Positions 35,702 to 48,201 of a stretch of 64,000 nt of DNA are shown in pieces (position 1 is the first letter of the stretch; each line of letters begins with the position of its first letter). The translations under genes were made by a program, and so were the position numbers. A model generated the notes under the pieces. It saw nothing but the letters and a program-made list of their open reading frames with translations. It did no database searches and was not told the DNA's origin. The DNA is taken from the NCBI GenBank assembly GCA_010093605.1, contig MU004198.1, positions 994,726-1,058,725 on the forward strand, written 5' to 3'. Origin of the DNA: Lophium mytilinum. Its lineage: Eukaryota.

Positions 35702-36199
35702 ATGACAGACGTCATCATGGCCAACGGACCCGAAATCCCATACAACCTCCCACCCACCGACGACATCTTCGAGATCGCCCTCCGCAAAGAGTTCTGGACG
35801 CACAGACCTAGTCAGCAGGGCATCCCAAGCGACGACGCAGGCGTGAGGTTCTTCCGTAAGCTGTTCCCTACATGCTCATTCCCCCAACACTGTTAATCAC
35901 CCACCTTTTCTCTTACAGAGACTCTTGCAACGAAGCTCAAAGCTATCCGCACCGCGCGATACCCCAATGACCCACCGGAGCAGTTCGCCCAGCGCCTGCG
36001 CCTGCAAACGAAGGAAGCGGCGAAGAGGCCAGGGAAGTGGGTCGCTGACATCTGCCTCCAAGCATCGGGGGAAGGGGCTATAGCGTGGCCGGAGGGAGAG
36101 GTGCCGAGTCTGCTGAGCCCTTTGCTTTCGACGGGGGAGGGGCATGGATGGGGGGCTGAGAAGGAGGCGTGGGCTTGGAGGGGTTTCATAACTACCTAG
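35702..36199 (+). CDS. Hypothetical protein (~144 aa); exons 35702-35855, 35919-36199
   Basis: GTAAGC...TTACAG phase-1 intron joins two frames into a stop-free ORF. Confidence 0.55.
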
Positions 36200-36407
36200 G
36201 GGAGCGGGGGACCGAAGTGGTGAAGGGTGATGGGAGAGAGAAGAAGAGATTGATAGTATGAAAGGGAGAAAAGTAAATGAATATAAACAGTAGCCGATAA
36301 AAAGAAAGATGTTCCACATCGAGCTTGGCTGAGTTGAGTGGAGCGAAAATACCTGGTCTCACGACTACGTAGATTAACGAAATGTGTTTCCCTTTGCTAC
36401 TCCTTCC

Positions 36408-37097
36408 TTAGAACACCTCGAACCCATTCCAGACTACATACCCTACCACGCTCGCCACACTCGCCAGCGCATACCCCAGATCCATCTCGACCACACTCCA
36501 CACCCACATCGTACCAATCGGCGGCGCCGTCTTCATGACATAGTAGTACCCATTCATATTCCCTGAATACACTAGCCAGCACCCCGCCCCTACGCTCGTT
36601 CCCAGGAAGAACAGATTCCGCAACCACGGCACCCGCATCGCCGTCCTCGTATGCAGCAACCACACCGCAATCATGAACACGGGGAAATTCGTAAGCGTCC
36701 GCGTGGTGATCTCGCGCCACACAACTTCCTCGCGGTACTGGCTATACACTATCACGTCGAGGGTGAAGTGCAGCATGCATAGCGAGATTGAGTATAGTAG
36801 GGCGTTTCCAAACGGGCCGATGGGGTCGTCGTCAAAAGGGGTCTCGCCCTCAGGTGTGTTGGAGGGCTCGTCGGGGTATTTCCCAGGGTTCTGGGCGCGG
36901 ATCTCGGCTTGTCGCTCGGCGGCGAGGTCGAAGAGGGATTTGCCTTTTGGGCCGGAGCGGTCGGGGTGCGCCATGAGCATCTCGATGCTTTTTTCTGAGA
37001 TCGTGGGTTCGTGCGTGGTGGGTTCGAAGGGGACGCCGGCTTTCTTTGCGGCGGCGCGGCGTTCTTTGCGGTTTCGGGGGCCTTCGGGTTCGGACAT
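36408..37097 (-). CDS. Conserved fungal membrane protein of unknown function
   Basis: NRKERRAA, HPDRSGPKGKSLFDLA, LHFTLDVIVYSQY, APPIGTMWVWSVVEM; several TM segments. Confidence 0.85.
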   Translation of the reverse strand: MSEPEGPRNRKERRAAAKKAGVPFEPTTHEPTISEKSIEMLMAHPDRSGPKGKSLFDLAAERQAEIRAQNPGKYPDEPSNTPEGETPFDDDPIGPFGNALLYSISLCMLHFTLDVIVYSQYREEVVWREITTRTLTNFPVFMIAVWLLHTRTAMRVPWLRNLFFLGTSVGAGCWLVYSGNMNGYYYVMKTAPPIGTMWVWSVVEMDLGYALASVASVVGYVVWNGFEVF

Positions 37098-37285
37098 TTT
37101 GAGAGATTCGGGGCGATCGAGAGGTGTTGGGATGTTTTACGGTGAGATACGGTGATGTCGAAAGTTTGATGTTGAGGCTCTGCGGGAAGGGTGCGGAGAA
37201 GACCGCCAACGTCTGAACCTCCGCCCATCGCCCGTTTCTACATGCTCCCTCCACGAAGGCATCGGGACGTCAGACTGCCGCGAAT

Positions 37286-38254
37286 ATGAATTGGGTCACC
37301 TGGGCATCCGTCCCAATCCTCATCTTCGGCCTATGGATCTACACCGCGCAACTTAGCAAGTCTTTCCCTACGCTGAAGGGAAAGCGGATATGCCTCCTAA
37401 TCGCCCACCCTGATGATGAAGCTATGTTCTTCGCGCCCACGCTCCTTGCGCTAGGACGCCCAGAGCTGGGGAACCACATCAAGATACTATGCCTAAGCAG
37501 TGGTGCGGCCCGATCCCAGACCCGCGAAGCTAATTGAATTGGGCTGACAGCTATGGCATAGGCAACGCAGACGGCCTCGGCGAAACGCGCAAAAAAGAGC
37601 TCGTCCAAAGCGGTCTCCAACTCGGTCTCCGCAGCACCGACGACATCCTCGTAATCGACGACCCGTACGTCCCCTCCTTCCTGGGCGGGTGGGATCCTCT
37701 ACCATCTCTCCCTCTCTAACACCCCCACCAGCAACTTCCCCGACTCCATGACCACAACCTGGCACCCCCGCCTCATCTCCAACCTCCTCACCTCCACCTT
37801 CGCCCCCCGCATGTCCTCCGTCTCCGCCAAAGACCCCCCCCTCGCCACCATCGACGTCCTCCTCACCTTCGACCGCTCCGGCATCTCCTCCCACCCCAAC
37901 CACATCTCCCTACACGCCGGCGCGCACACCTTCCTCCGCGCACTCATGCACCGGCACGCCGGGTGGGAGTGCCCGATAAAACTCTACACGCTCACCAGCA
38001 CCAACATCGCTCGGAAATACCTGAGCGTGCTCGATGCACCTGCCACGATTGTAGGCATGATGATTGGCGGGAAGAAGGAGCTAGGGGAATTTCCGACGCC
38101 ACTGATGTATGTGAGCGGGCCCACCCAGTATAGGCGGGCGCAGCGGGCGATGACGCAGGCGCATGAGAGCCAGATGCGGTGGTTTCGGTGGGGGTGGATT
38201 GGGGTGGGGCGGTATATGGTTGTGAATGATTTGGTGAGGGAGAAGACTATCTGA
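37286..38254 (+). CDS. GPI12: GlcNAc-PI de-N-acetylase (PIG-L); exons 37286-37502, 37562-37664, 37732-38254
   Basis: LLIAHPDDEAMFFAPT, CLSSGNADGLGETRKKEL, TFDxxGISSHPNH, HESQMRWFR. Confidence 0.95.
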
Positions 38255-38560
38255 GCGTGTAGGCTGGCTTCGGGTTGAGAGGGGAGTTCGCTAGTTTGGG
38301 GCACATCGTTGTGAAGACTGGAGCTTCGAGACCGCGAGTTGGACACGATGTCACGTGATAGTTAAGTGATATTGATAATGAAGGAATAGGTGAATGGCTT
38401 GATACGGCAACGCTACGAGGCGCATACGAAGTACATGAAGGAAACCCAATTCGAACGCCTGCAAATGCATAATACAGCTAGTCATGAGACAACCCAAACA
38501 ACAATAATACCCAGTCCCTCCCCAACTTGTCCAAATTGAACCACCTTTGGAGCTAGAAAT

Positions 38561-40377
38561 TTAGTCGCCCTTTTTAGTCAACCCTCTCCGCTCATCACCG
38601 TCCGGACTCGCTGGCTCCATGTCATCGTCATCGCTCCACTTGTCGTCCTCACCGACGGCGAAGATGGTGTCGCCGTCGAGGCTCTCTCTTGGCCGCGCTA
38701 TCGGCTTCTGTGGCGTGGGCGCTGGTAGGGGAGATGCGTCTCGGTTCGCGCTGTGGCGGCCCTGCCGTGGAGCGGGGTCATACGCCTGGGGGTTGCTGGA
38801 AGAGCCTTCCTCTTCGTCGAGCGAGTCGCGCAGCGAGGCGATTTCGAAGCCTTCGTCGTCTTGGGCAATCTGGACGCATGTTAGCATACAAATTTGATAC
38901 TTTAGAAGTCAAACTTACCTCGTCACTCATAGCGAATCGCCTGTTATTCGCCGTTGGCCGCCAGATGTAGGCAACAAAGCAAACATCCCCTAGGTATACC
39001 AGATTGAGCCAACCATCCAGGATAAACCATCGAGTCTGCCAGTGGGTGGGAGCGAAGTCTGCGCTGCGAGCACTAGCGAAGGTGAAGCTGTTGATAAAGA
39101 AGAATCCAAAAATGACAATGATGGAGGTTAGTATGCACCACCAAAGTCTTTTGTACATCATGGCCTTGACGTGCTGTTTCCTGTCTGTGAGGTCCTTCAT
39201 CGTCATGTTGAGGGAATTCAGGGTCCAGATGTAGAAGGCTGTCAGAGTGGCCGAGAGAGGAAGAATGACAAGGAGGACAAGAGGACCAGCATCGTCAGGG
39301 TGGATGGTAAGAGATGCAACGGCGTAGACAACACCGAACACGAAATGTGCCACCGCGAGCCATCTCACAATCGTCATGGTCTTCCCTAGCGAAGGCTTAA
39401 CCACTCCGTAGCCCATGCAGACGATCAGAAGCAGGAAGAACGAGAAGGAGTTCCGGAAGGCGTTGAGGATGGCGACAATTATCATGAGCACCTTTGCTCC
39501 AACATTGTCTCCATGGCGGTTCCGGTAATCATAGAAGCCCCAAGTCATCAGCATTTCGATGACCAGGAAGACAATGATGGCGGTGATGTAGTTTTGGACC
39601 GCGAGAATATCACTCCTGTTCTGGAAGTAGAGGAATCCCCAGAATGCTCCAATGACCGCATATAAAATTGTAATTCCTCCATAAAACGGCAGCTTGGCAA
39701 TTTCCGCCGCGGGAAGCTCTCCGTAGGCGTTCCGGAATTCCAGCACGGCAGTATATTTCAGCCCGTCGGTGTATGGAGCTGTAGCGACACAGTAGTAGCC
39801 GGTCCGGAGGAGCATAGTGGTTCCAGCATCACTCGCGGTAATGGGGTATTTGATCGGCGCGGGTGCCTTGAGGTGAACCGCATCTGTCCTAATGAAGTTT
39901 TTCGAAACAGCGGCCGCATTATCCGCCAGGATAAATTCGCCCTTGTGAGTCGCATTACACAGATTGGCCGCTACCGTCTCGTCATTGCAGATGAATTTTT
40001 GCTATGCGCCAGAGTATTAGCCTTGTTTTCGGGGTCAGACAACTGTCGAAACCTACATCTTCCGGGAGAGCGCCGGGCGGCTTTCCAATGAGATCTGAAT
40101 CCTTCCATTCCCATATTACTATGCTCACGAGGGGATCCGCAGCGTCGTCTCCTTTTGTGTCGGCTTTTATGAACTTGACGAGGATGAAGGGTTCCACGTT
40201 GCCTCCCCAGGACTTCTTGCTGTACATGCCGGAGCATTTCTGGGTATCATCTTGCGTCTGGAACCATTAGCGATAGAATCAAATAGTGAGAGAAAGCCTT
40301 ACTAGCTTGACTTCAACAGCATTTGCAAGTGCTATAGTCGCTAAAAGCACCGCGAGGAGCTGCGTCCATCGACCCAT
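38561..40377 (-). CDS. PTM1: Ptm1 / lung seven-transmembrane receptor (GPR107/108-like); exons 40377-40303, 40257-40057, 40001-38919, 38869-38561
   Basis: Signal peptide, CSGMYSKKSWGG, TGYYCV, FRNAYGELPAAE, LLLIVCMGYGVVKP, WRPTANNRRFAMSDEIAQDD. Confidence 0.92.
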
Positions 40378-40660
40378 CTCAGTAGCAATTGCAGCCTTCG
40401 AGGCTGTGGTTCAGCGCACGCTTTCGACAGATGTATTCGAAAAGAAGCTCCACAGAGGTTCCGGGAGACAGCAGAGGTGCTGCAGTGAGTTGTCTTGGGG
40501 ATGATCGTAATGTTGTTGTCGTCGTGGCCGCGTTGTCTCTGATGCAGTCGTTCCCTGAGGCCGGCAAGTTCCGCGCCTCAAACTTCCGCGCTGCGCCGCA
40601 CACCCTGTCACCCAAAATACTCCACTACGTCCCATTCAAAGAGGCACGTAAAACACCAAA

Positions 40661-41857
40661 ATGCCTGGCAAACACGTGCCGCAGGACGCAGCTGCGGCTG
40701 GGCAGCTTTGCAGGCGCTGCAGGACCTCTGAAGCAAGTCTTGTTGTCCGAACGGAGCCATTGTGCAGGTATACATGTGCATGGAAGATATTAAATTTACA
40801 TTCACTGACCCAGAATAGGGACTGCTTCATCAGATATGTTAGCACCAAAGCGGTAAAACGAATGGAATCATTCCGAGTCCGACACTCCACTCCAGACCAG
40901 ACTCGGAAGCTGCTCCTCCCTATGTCTTTCGGAGTATCATCAGTCACGTTACTCCACATTCTCGACTACCAGCTCAAGAACCAAACCGCCAAGACCGGCC
41001 GAACTGGCTTCCAGCTCCTCGTTGTGCACATAGACACTTCAGCCGTAGAGAAGAACGCCCCAGACCCATCCTTTATGTCAAAACTCCAAGCCCGATTCAA
41101 AGACCACTCCTACGCCACCGTCCCCCTAAAAGACGTCTTCGAAACCCCCAGTTCTTACTCCAACGACCAAAACATCGAAGTAGATCCCACACCAACATCA
41201 GACCAGCTCTCAACCTTCCTTGCCACCCTCCCCTCCGCCACCGCCCTCGCCGACGTCCTCTCCACCCTCCGCACCCGCCTCCTCGTCGCTTACGCCCGCC
41301 AGCACGGCTGCGAAGCCATCCTCTGGGGCGACAGCACCACCCGCCTGGCCGAGAAAACCCTCTCCGAAACCGCCAAAGGCCGCGGCTTTGCCCTGCCCTG
41401 GTCAATCGCAGACGGCCAAACCCCCGCCGGCATCCCGTCCAACTACCCCCTCCGCGACCTCCTCAAAAAAGAACTAACCTCCCACGCGAACTTCGTGAAC
41501 CCCCCGTTGACAGAGGTCGTGTACGCGCCTGAACCCACGGGACCAGTGTCGACGAGCAGCAAAACCACGACGATTGATGATCTTATGAAAGCGTATTTCG
41601 AGTCCGTGGAGGAGAATTACCCGAGTATCGTCGCGAATGTGGTGCGGACCGCCACGAAACTAGATGCTGCAAAATTCGAAGAAGGCGATGAGCGTTGTTC
41701 GCTATGCGGCATGCCGGTTCCGGATGGCAAGTTCGGGATCCACGGCTGGGGCGGCGACCAGCACGATGTCCAAGGGGTGTCTCCGGGCGAGCAGACGGAG
41801 GCGCTGTGTTATGGGTGCACGCGGTCCGTGCCGAAGGGGACGACGCTACCGTCTTGA
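40661..41857 (+). CDS. NCS2: Cytoplasmic tRNA 2-thiolation protein 2; 51-nt intron 40768-40818
   Basis: N-terminal CxxC..CxxC, LLPMSFGVSS, LWGDSTTRLAEKTLSETAKGRG, PLRDL, YPSIVANVVRTATKL, LCYGC. Confidence 0.93.
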   Translation: MPGKHVPQDAAAAGQLCRRCRTSEASLVVRTEPLCRYTCAWKILNLHSLTQNRDCFIRYVSTKAVKRMESFRVRHSTPDQTRKLLLPMSFGVSSVTLLHILDYQLKNQTAKTGRTGFQLLVVHIDTSAVEKNAPDPSFMSKLQARFKDHSYATVPLKDVFETPSSYSNDQNIEVDPTPTSDQLSTFLATLPSATALADVLSTLRTRLLVAYARQHGCEAILWGDSTTRLAEKTLSETAKGRGFALPWSIADGQTPAGIPSNYPLRDLLKKELTSHANFVNPPLTEVVYAPEPTGPVSTSSKTTTIDDLMKAYFESVEENYPSIVANVVRTATKLDAAKFEEGDERCSLCGMPVPDGKFGIHGWGGDQHDVQGVSPGEQTEALCYGCTRSVPKGTTLPS

Positions 41858-42557
41858 TATCCGCATTACGAGTAGTATGGAGAGAGTGTCGACGGGATCT
41901 ACCTTGCCCCTGTTTGGTTTTGGGCGCGGTGAGTCGTCGTCGCGGCCTGGGATGCACGCGCAGTGCCTCCATCACCTAGAACCGGGCCGTATAGCACAAG
42001 ACGACGTGAAGGAAAGACGGAGCCTACCGCGGCTCCGCTGTCTCAGTTTCCCACGTGCCGAACTGTCACGATACAAAACCCCCCGAAGGAGGTTGGGCTA
42101 TGCAGATGGAAGGCGGAAGAGTGGTGGACGCGGAGATGGATGGGCTTTTTGAGTTTCGAATCTGGTCCGCGCCGCCGCAACCAAGCGTGCGGGCTGGGCT
42201 GGAGGCATGGGGTGGTGCTAATGCGCGCATTTGTACGCTTTGCTATACGCATTTTCGGCCATACGCATCAGGGACGAGGGGCCCGTCGACGGAGCGGGCT
42301 CAAACGGGCGAGGAAGGAGAAGAAAAGAAGAAACATGAAGTCTTGAGAATTCAACAGATAGGACTGCATAGGATTCCAGCAGAACAAGTCTTTCATTCCC
42401 AAAACGCCGAAAGTCACGCTCGCTATGCCTACCCTAGCCCGCCTACATACCGCTGATACCCAGAAACCCAAAGCAAAAGAAGCAGCCCCTTCCCGACTCG
42501 GCCTAACCTACACATCCCCCAACTCAGCTCCCATCCCATCCAACCCATCCACCCAAC

Positions 42558-45500
42558 CTACCTCCTCCCCCCAACACTTTCCTCCAAAAACCCGAGCAAG
42601 AACGCCTTATCATCCCCACTCGCCTTTTTCTGCGGCTGCTGCCCTCCTGCCGCCTTTCCAGCCACTAACTGCTCGGCTCCACTTCCAGCACCACTTCCAA
42701 CACCCATCTGCTCCCCAATACTACTAATCCGACTCCTGCCCCCATTCGCCGCGGGACTCCCCTGCACGCCTCCACTCCCAAACGCCGGGCTGACCGGACT
42801 AATCACCCCCGAGCCCACCACCGACGGGAAATGCGCGTGCGCGTGTGCGTGCGGCGTCGCGGGCCTCCCCGTCCCCGTACCAGCTGGTTTCGTGAAGAGT
42901 GACAACAGCGCCGATTTCTGGTCATGGGGGAGGTCGTCCCTGCGGTCGAACGCCGGCGGCTGGTTCTGGTTCTGCTCCCGGCGGTTCAGCGGCACGACAG
43001 TCCCTCCGCTGCTGCTCGGCGGGTTCGGGGTCGGGGCCTGCGGCTTCATGAAAGACGGTTGCGGGCCCGGTGACGGCGTCGGTTGCGGGCGGCGCAGGAT
43101 CTTGGGGTGGAAACCTGTTGGTTTCGGGGCGAGGATGGTTGGTTTCGGGGAGGGGGTGGCGGTGGAGCGGCCGCCGTTGCCGCCGCGGAGGATGGAGCTG
43201 GGGGGGCCGGTGGGTTTCGTTTCCTGGGGAGGGTGGGGGGAGGTGGACGCGGAGGCGCTGGCGAGGGGGTGGCCATTTGCGTCGCGGCCGTGCTTGAGGG
43301 TTGCGAAGTCAGGCGCGTTTAAAGGGCCGGAGACGGTGGCGGAGGTGAGGGAGGGTTTGCGGGGGTCGTGGGGGGCGATGTTGAGGTGGGGGAGGGAGGA
43401 GGGGATCATGGGTTTGCTCGCGTGGCGGGCAGTATGTCTGGGGTGGCCGGGTGTTGGGTGTGCGGCGAGTTCGATTGGTTCACCAGATAGGTTCGTGGGA
43501 GTTGTGGGTGCAGGAGAGCCGACTGAAACGGACCCGGCACGGAAGAGATTGAGGAGGGAGTCTTGATGCGCATTTCGTGGCTTGGGTGCTACAGGTGCAA
43601 GTGCGGGAGACTCGCCGCCGAAGACGGTTCGTGGTGATTGAAGCACCGGAGAATCGACTATATGACGAATTGGTGCCGGCTCTGGAGCTGGTGGTGGGGC
43701 AGCCCTCTGCTTCATACTTGTAGTGCCGTGGACTTCGGACGGCTGCTGCGTTTGGGGAGTAGTCTTTGGAATAGTGGGTGACTTAAATGCGTTCAGTAAT
43801 GACAAGCTGTGGGCAGTAAGCTTGGGCGGTGGCAGCTTCGAAGCAGGTGGGATCGCAGGTCCATGTAATCCCGGAAATTGCGGAGGTTGCGCGAATTGAG
43901 GATCTCCAGTCCGCTGGTAAGGCCGTGGCACATCGTGTGTGAAAGTTGGCTGGATGCTCGGGCCATGGGTATTAAACATGGGATGTGCAACGCTCGAAGG
44001 AAACGGCGGAGGCCGGAACCCAGGCGGGAACATGCCCTGCTGCCCGAATTGGTTTGGTCCAGGTGAAAATCCACCAGACTGCGGTCGTGGTGGCTGCATA
44101 TGCTGCGGGGGTGATAATGGGAACTGTGGAGGTGATAACGGGAACTGTGGAGGAGGCGGCATTTGCGAGAAATGGGGTGGTCGAGGATGCTGATGATGAG
44201 GGGGCGGAGGCGGATAAGTTGGCTGAGACACCTGCTCGAAAGGCGTTTGAGGATATGGTGGAGCGGTTGGAGGACCATTTTCTCTGAGAATAGCGAGCAG
44301 AGGATTTATTGGAAGTTCTTCTGGGGGAGACACGACTTGCTGTCCTAACGGTATTGAGCCGACTCTCAGAAGGCGCTTCAGATCTTCTGCAGGGTCGGAT
44401 ATAATTAGCGGAGGAGCAGAGACTTCAGGAAGAGTGTCCGAAGCTCTGTGCCCACGTCCAAGATTGGCCAGCAGTTGACTGAGATTGTCTTCCGCTCCCA
44501 CAGGCTGTCCATTCGAAGCTTGTAGTCCCTCGTCTGCCGTCAGCTCATCCATGTGGACAGCAGATTCTTCCGCCTCGGTTTCCGTAAGGTCTGTTTCGAC
44601 GGGAGGAGCGAGATGGGTGGGCTTTGCCGCTTTGAGCTTGTCTTGTTTTTTCTGCTTATTTATCCAAGCTCTTAAGGGTCCGAGGAACGGCGCAACCATG
44701 TAGAACATGTTGTCTTTGTATACGTCCTCTCCGTTTCCTTGCACCTGTTGTGAATTTTGGCCCTTCCGTTTGAGGGTCGGCAGGTCGGAGAGTTTATACC
44801 AGTCGATTTTCTACGCTAAGTCAGTATTCCATCCCATCCAAACGACAGCTTTATCACTTACGCTAATCTCCTTCCTCGTCCGCGGCGCAAAGTAGGTATC
44901 CATTGGCACGCCTCGGAAGACATACAGGCGCATATGTTGCTCTCGCATCGAAACTTCGATATATTTCATATCAGCCTCGTCCTTCACAAGGCCCGCCTCT
45001 TTGATCTCAAAGCCCGTCTCCTCATAGACTTCGCGTATAGCGCAATCTAAATCTTTCTCATCCTTGTTGATCTTGCCGCGGGGGAAACTCCACTTTGCAC
45101 CCTTTTTCCATCCCTTCACTAATACGGCTTGGTCCATAGCTTCATTCAGCATTATAGCGCCACGCACGGGAACGCGAGTTTTGTAGGCGAGGAATTCGGA
45201 GTAGGCTTGGGTATGGTGGTACTCGGAAAAGGCGGAGAGCAGCGGGCAGTGCTGGAATATGAGAAGGCAAAACTTCTTGAGGTTCATGGAGGGGAGCTGG
45301 GGGTCGAGTGGGCGGATGAAGTCTTCGTAGAACCATTGTGCCTCTTCGACTTGGAAGCAGATGCGCTCGACGGATTCGAGTTCTTCTTGGGGGAGGTTGA
45401 TGATGAAGCGGACGCACAGATCGTCGAGCCCTGATTGAGTTTGTTAGTGAGGTGCGTATCAGAGAGTGAGGGCGCAAATATGAGGTATAGAACAGTTGCG

Positions 45501-45660
45501 ACAGCGTGTTGACAAGCTGTATTGAGGTCGCGCGTGGGGGGATGAAGGGTGCTAGAGTGCAAACAAGAAGCACTCCCCACAGCGGAACTCATCTCCTGAG
45601 ATCAAGGTACTAAGAAAGATCGGACTCACAATCAACTAGCCGCATCTTTGTATCTGCCAT
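42558..45660 (-). CDS. DCP2: mRNA decapping enzyme Dcp2; exons 45660-45630, 45430-44862, 44810-42558
   Basis: Box A (WLDDLCVRFIINLP..FQVEEAQWFYEDF), Nudix box FPRGKINKDEKDLDCAIREVYEETG, and a long Pro-rich tail with helical leucine motifs (SLLNAFK, SLLNLFR, ALLSLFT). Confidence 0.95.
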
Positions 45661-46467
45661 ATTGCCCAGTGTCTCTATGCATGTCCTCCGGCGGGCAGCA
45701 GTCGCAGTCGTGGCAGCTCACTCGGTCAAGCTTTCGGGTCTAGAACGCGGGGGATCAGCAAGGAAGCTCACAGCCACGCAAGCAGATGCGTTGTTTGTCA
45801 CGAGGCGGGGGACGAACGGCTGGCGACGGGACGGATTGGGCGTGGTGGTGGTGAGGCCGCGATGGCCGAAGGACGAGATCTGCGCCACGGGAATGTGGCT
45901 GTGTTGATGCCAAGCTCTTTACGGGATGCGCTAAAGGCCAGATAGACAGAAAGGTGCCACAGTACTAGTGCTGTGGTCAGCCGTAGTGTGGCGAGTGACG
46001 ATTCAGCATGAGACGAGAGCGATCGATGACGGCAGGGTGCAGCGGGTAGCGGTATCACGCTGTTTTCCCCCAGCTGGCCAGCGCAGTCCATAAATCAAGG
46101 CACCGCACCCGCCGATCCAGCCTCGCAGCTATTAATTGCTCGCCTGTCCTCGCGCGCTGCACTTCTTCACTATTCCTGTCGGCTCTGCTCCATTCGCTGT
46201 CTATTCGTAGCCCACCGCGCGCTTCCCCGAGACGCCCGTTTCATCTTTGGCAGTGTCGCAAAACCACCGCCAACCACGACACCTTCACCCAAAGTTCGGC
46301 TACATTGAGCCAGCTGGACCGCGAAACACGTCCTGCGACAACTGGGATACAAAAGTGTTGTTTGTCGCTGTTTAGATTCTTGATCTAAGCTTCTGTTTTC
46401 TCCACTACCTCCTATCCTCGCAAACACTACACATTCCAACTCTCTCCAACACACACGCACCACAACC

Positions 46468-47382
46468 ATGACGGCCGCAATTGGCAAATATGCTGCGAAG
46501 AAGCTGCTCAAAGGGGAGATGGCGAAATACGCTAAGAAAGATGTCGCTGGCCCATACGTAAGTCCCCTTCCATCCAATTACCAGATCTAGCAATGCAATC
46601 GCATCCTTCAATCCTTCTTAATTAATTCAACCTTGCCCCTCACCCTCCCCATACACAGTGGCTAACATGTCTTCTTACCACAGGATCCCTACTTCGCAAC
46701 AGTAACCGACTCACGCGGCAAAACGCGCAAAGTCAAGAAAGAAATCCCCGACTACATCCCCGACCACCAAGCCCTGATCCTCGCCAAAGTGCGCAAGCGC
46801 GCCTACCGCCTCGACTGCTCGCTCTTTAACTTCCTCGGCTTCCGATTTGGGTGGTCTTCCGTCGTCGGCATTGTGCCCGTCGCTGGTGACGCAATCGACG
46901 GCGCCATGGCGCTGGAAACGATCCGCCTCTGCTCCAAGGCCAAGGACAAGAACTTCACACTACGGCGCCAGGCGTTGATCCTGATGTTTTTGTGGTTGGC
47001 GATTGATATCGTGGTGGGGCTAGTGCCGTTTGTCGGCGACCTGGCGGATGCGAGCTTCAAGGCGAACTCGAGGATCTGTCAAGTATTGGAGAAGGAGTTG
47101 GACAAGACGTTTAAGCCGAATGCGACGAAGGTGCCGAGGCCCGCGACCGTGTATGAGGAGTTCAGTGAGGACGAATTGGCTGGGCTGCGGGATAGCTACG
47201 AAGGAGATGCTGGGGTTCAGCAGCCGCAGCGTGTGAGGAGCAGCAGGCGTGAGAGGCAGCCAGATCTCGAAATGGGACAGGCGCAGGTTCCTTCGCGATC
47301 GGGGACGAAGACGAAGTACGACTCCAGACGCACTGCGGAGAGGGATGCACCGGCTAGATCGGGAACGAAGGGGAGGCGGTAA
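46468..47382 (+). CDS. DUF4112-like membrane protein; exons 46468-46557, 46684-47382
   Basis: DPYF, VRKRAYRLD, RFGWSSVVGIVPVAGD, GLVPFVGDLADA.FKANSR. Confidence 0.88.
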
Positions 47383-48201
47383 ACGCTTCGTCTGCACTTC
47401 GGTGATTCTGGAGTTCTCTTTCATACGGCATCGGAGTTGACCTCGGTAGCGACTGCTCACAATCCTTCATTTTTCGTCAGTTTGGCTGGCGTTGCGGTTC
47501 GATGCTCTCAATCCCTTAACCCTACTTGTATTGTAATCATCATACCCAACCCATAACTCGGGCCGTGCAGTCCCTGAAAACTTCATCTTTCTTAGCGTAA
47601 GATCGGAACAGACTGCAACACTGCATCATCTCATCTTCGTATCTATAATTCCGTATATCAGGGATACAGCTCTCCATCGTCCACAGCGTCAAAATACATT
47701 TACCCTAACGTAGCATCAGATCGTCTCCTTACCCGACAGATAAATGGTACCAACCCTTCGAAATCGAAATATTACCAGAACAAGCAAGGCTTGGCAACAA
47801 TGAGGTTGGAACAGTGTCGAGCACCGAGTGTAATTCTGTCCACTCTTGGCGTTTTCGTGAAACCGCCAAGAAGAAAATCGCACCCCTAAAGTACCAAAAC
47901 CATGACCAACTCTGTTGACTTCTCATAACTTTATTATCAGTCTCTCGGACTCTTCGCCTCTAATGTTGCCCCTGCCGACTTTGCCGCCTGGCCTTCGATC
48001 TGAAACGAAAATGCAGGGGCATGTCCACAGGCGCTTAGCCACAGGGCAAAGAAACCCTGAAGAGCACAACTACGCCGTACACCTGCAGGACGTCTCAGCC
48101 TCGCTGCAGGATGGATGCCTACCTTCAATGCGCCCTCCTTTTCTCTTACGCTCCTCAAAATTTCTTTTCTTTTGACTTTGAAATAATGTCTTTTGCTCTT
48201 C

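Noticed and set aside
42892..43566. Gly-rich + strand ORF, and similar overlapping ORFs at 33-34, 36-38 and 49-50 kb
   Set aside because: By-products of stop-poor G/C-skewed sequence opposite real genes.
45431..45629. Long first DCP2 intron (199 nt) as a snoRNA host
   Set aside because: No convincing C/D or H/ACA box arrangement seen.
36408..47382. Head-to-head pairs (membrane gene/GPI12, PTM1/NCS2, DCP2/DUF4112-like) as a functional cluster
   Set aside because: Unrelated housekeeping functions; compact divergent promoters are common in fungi.
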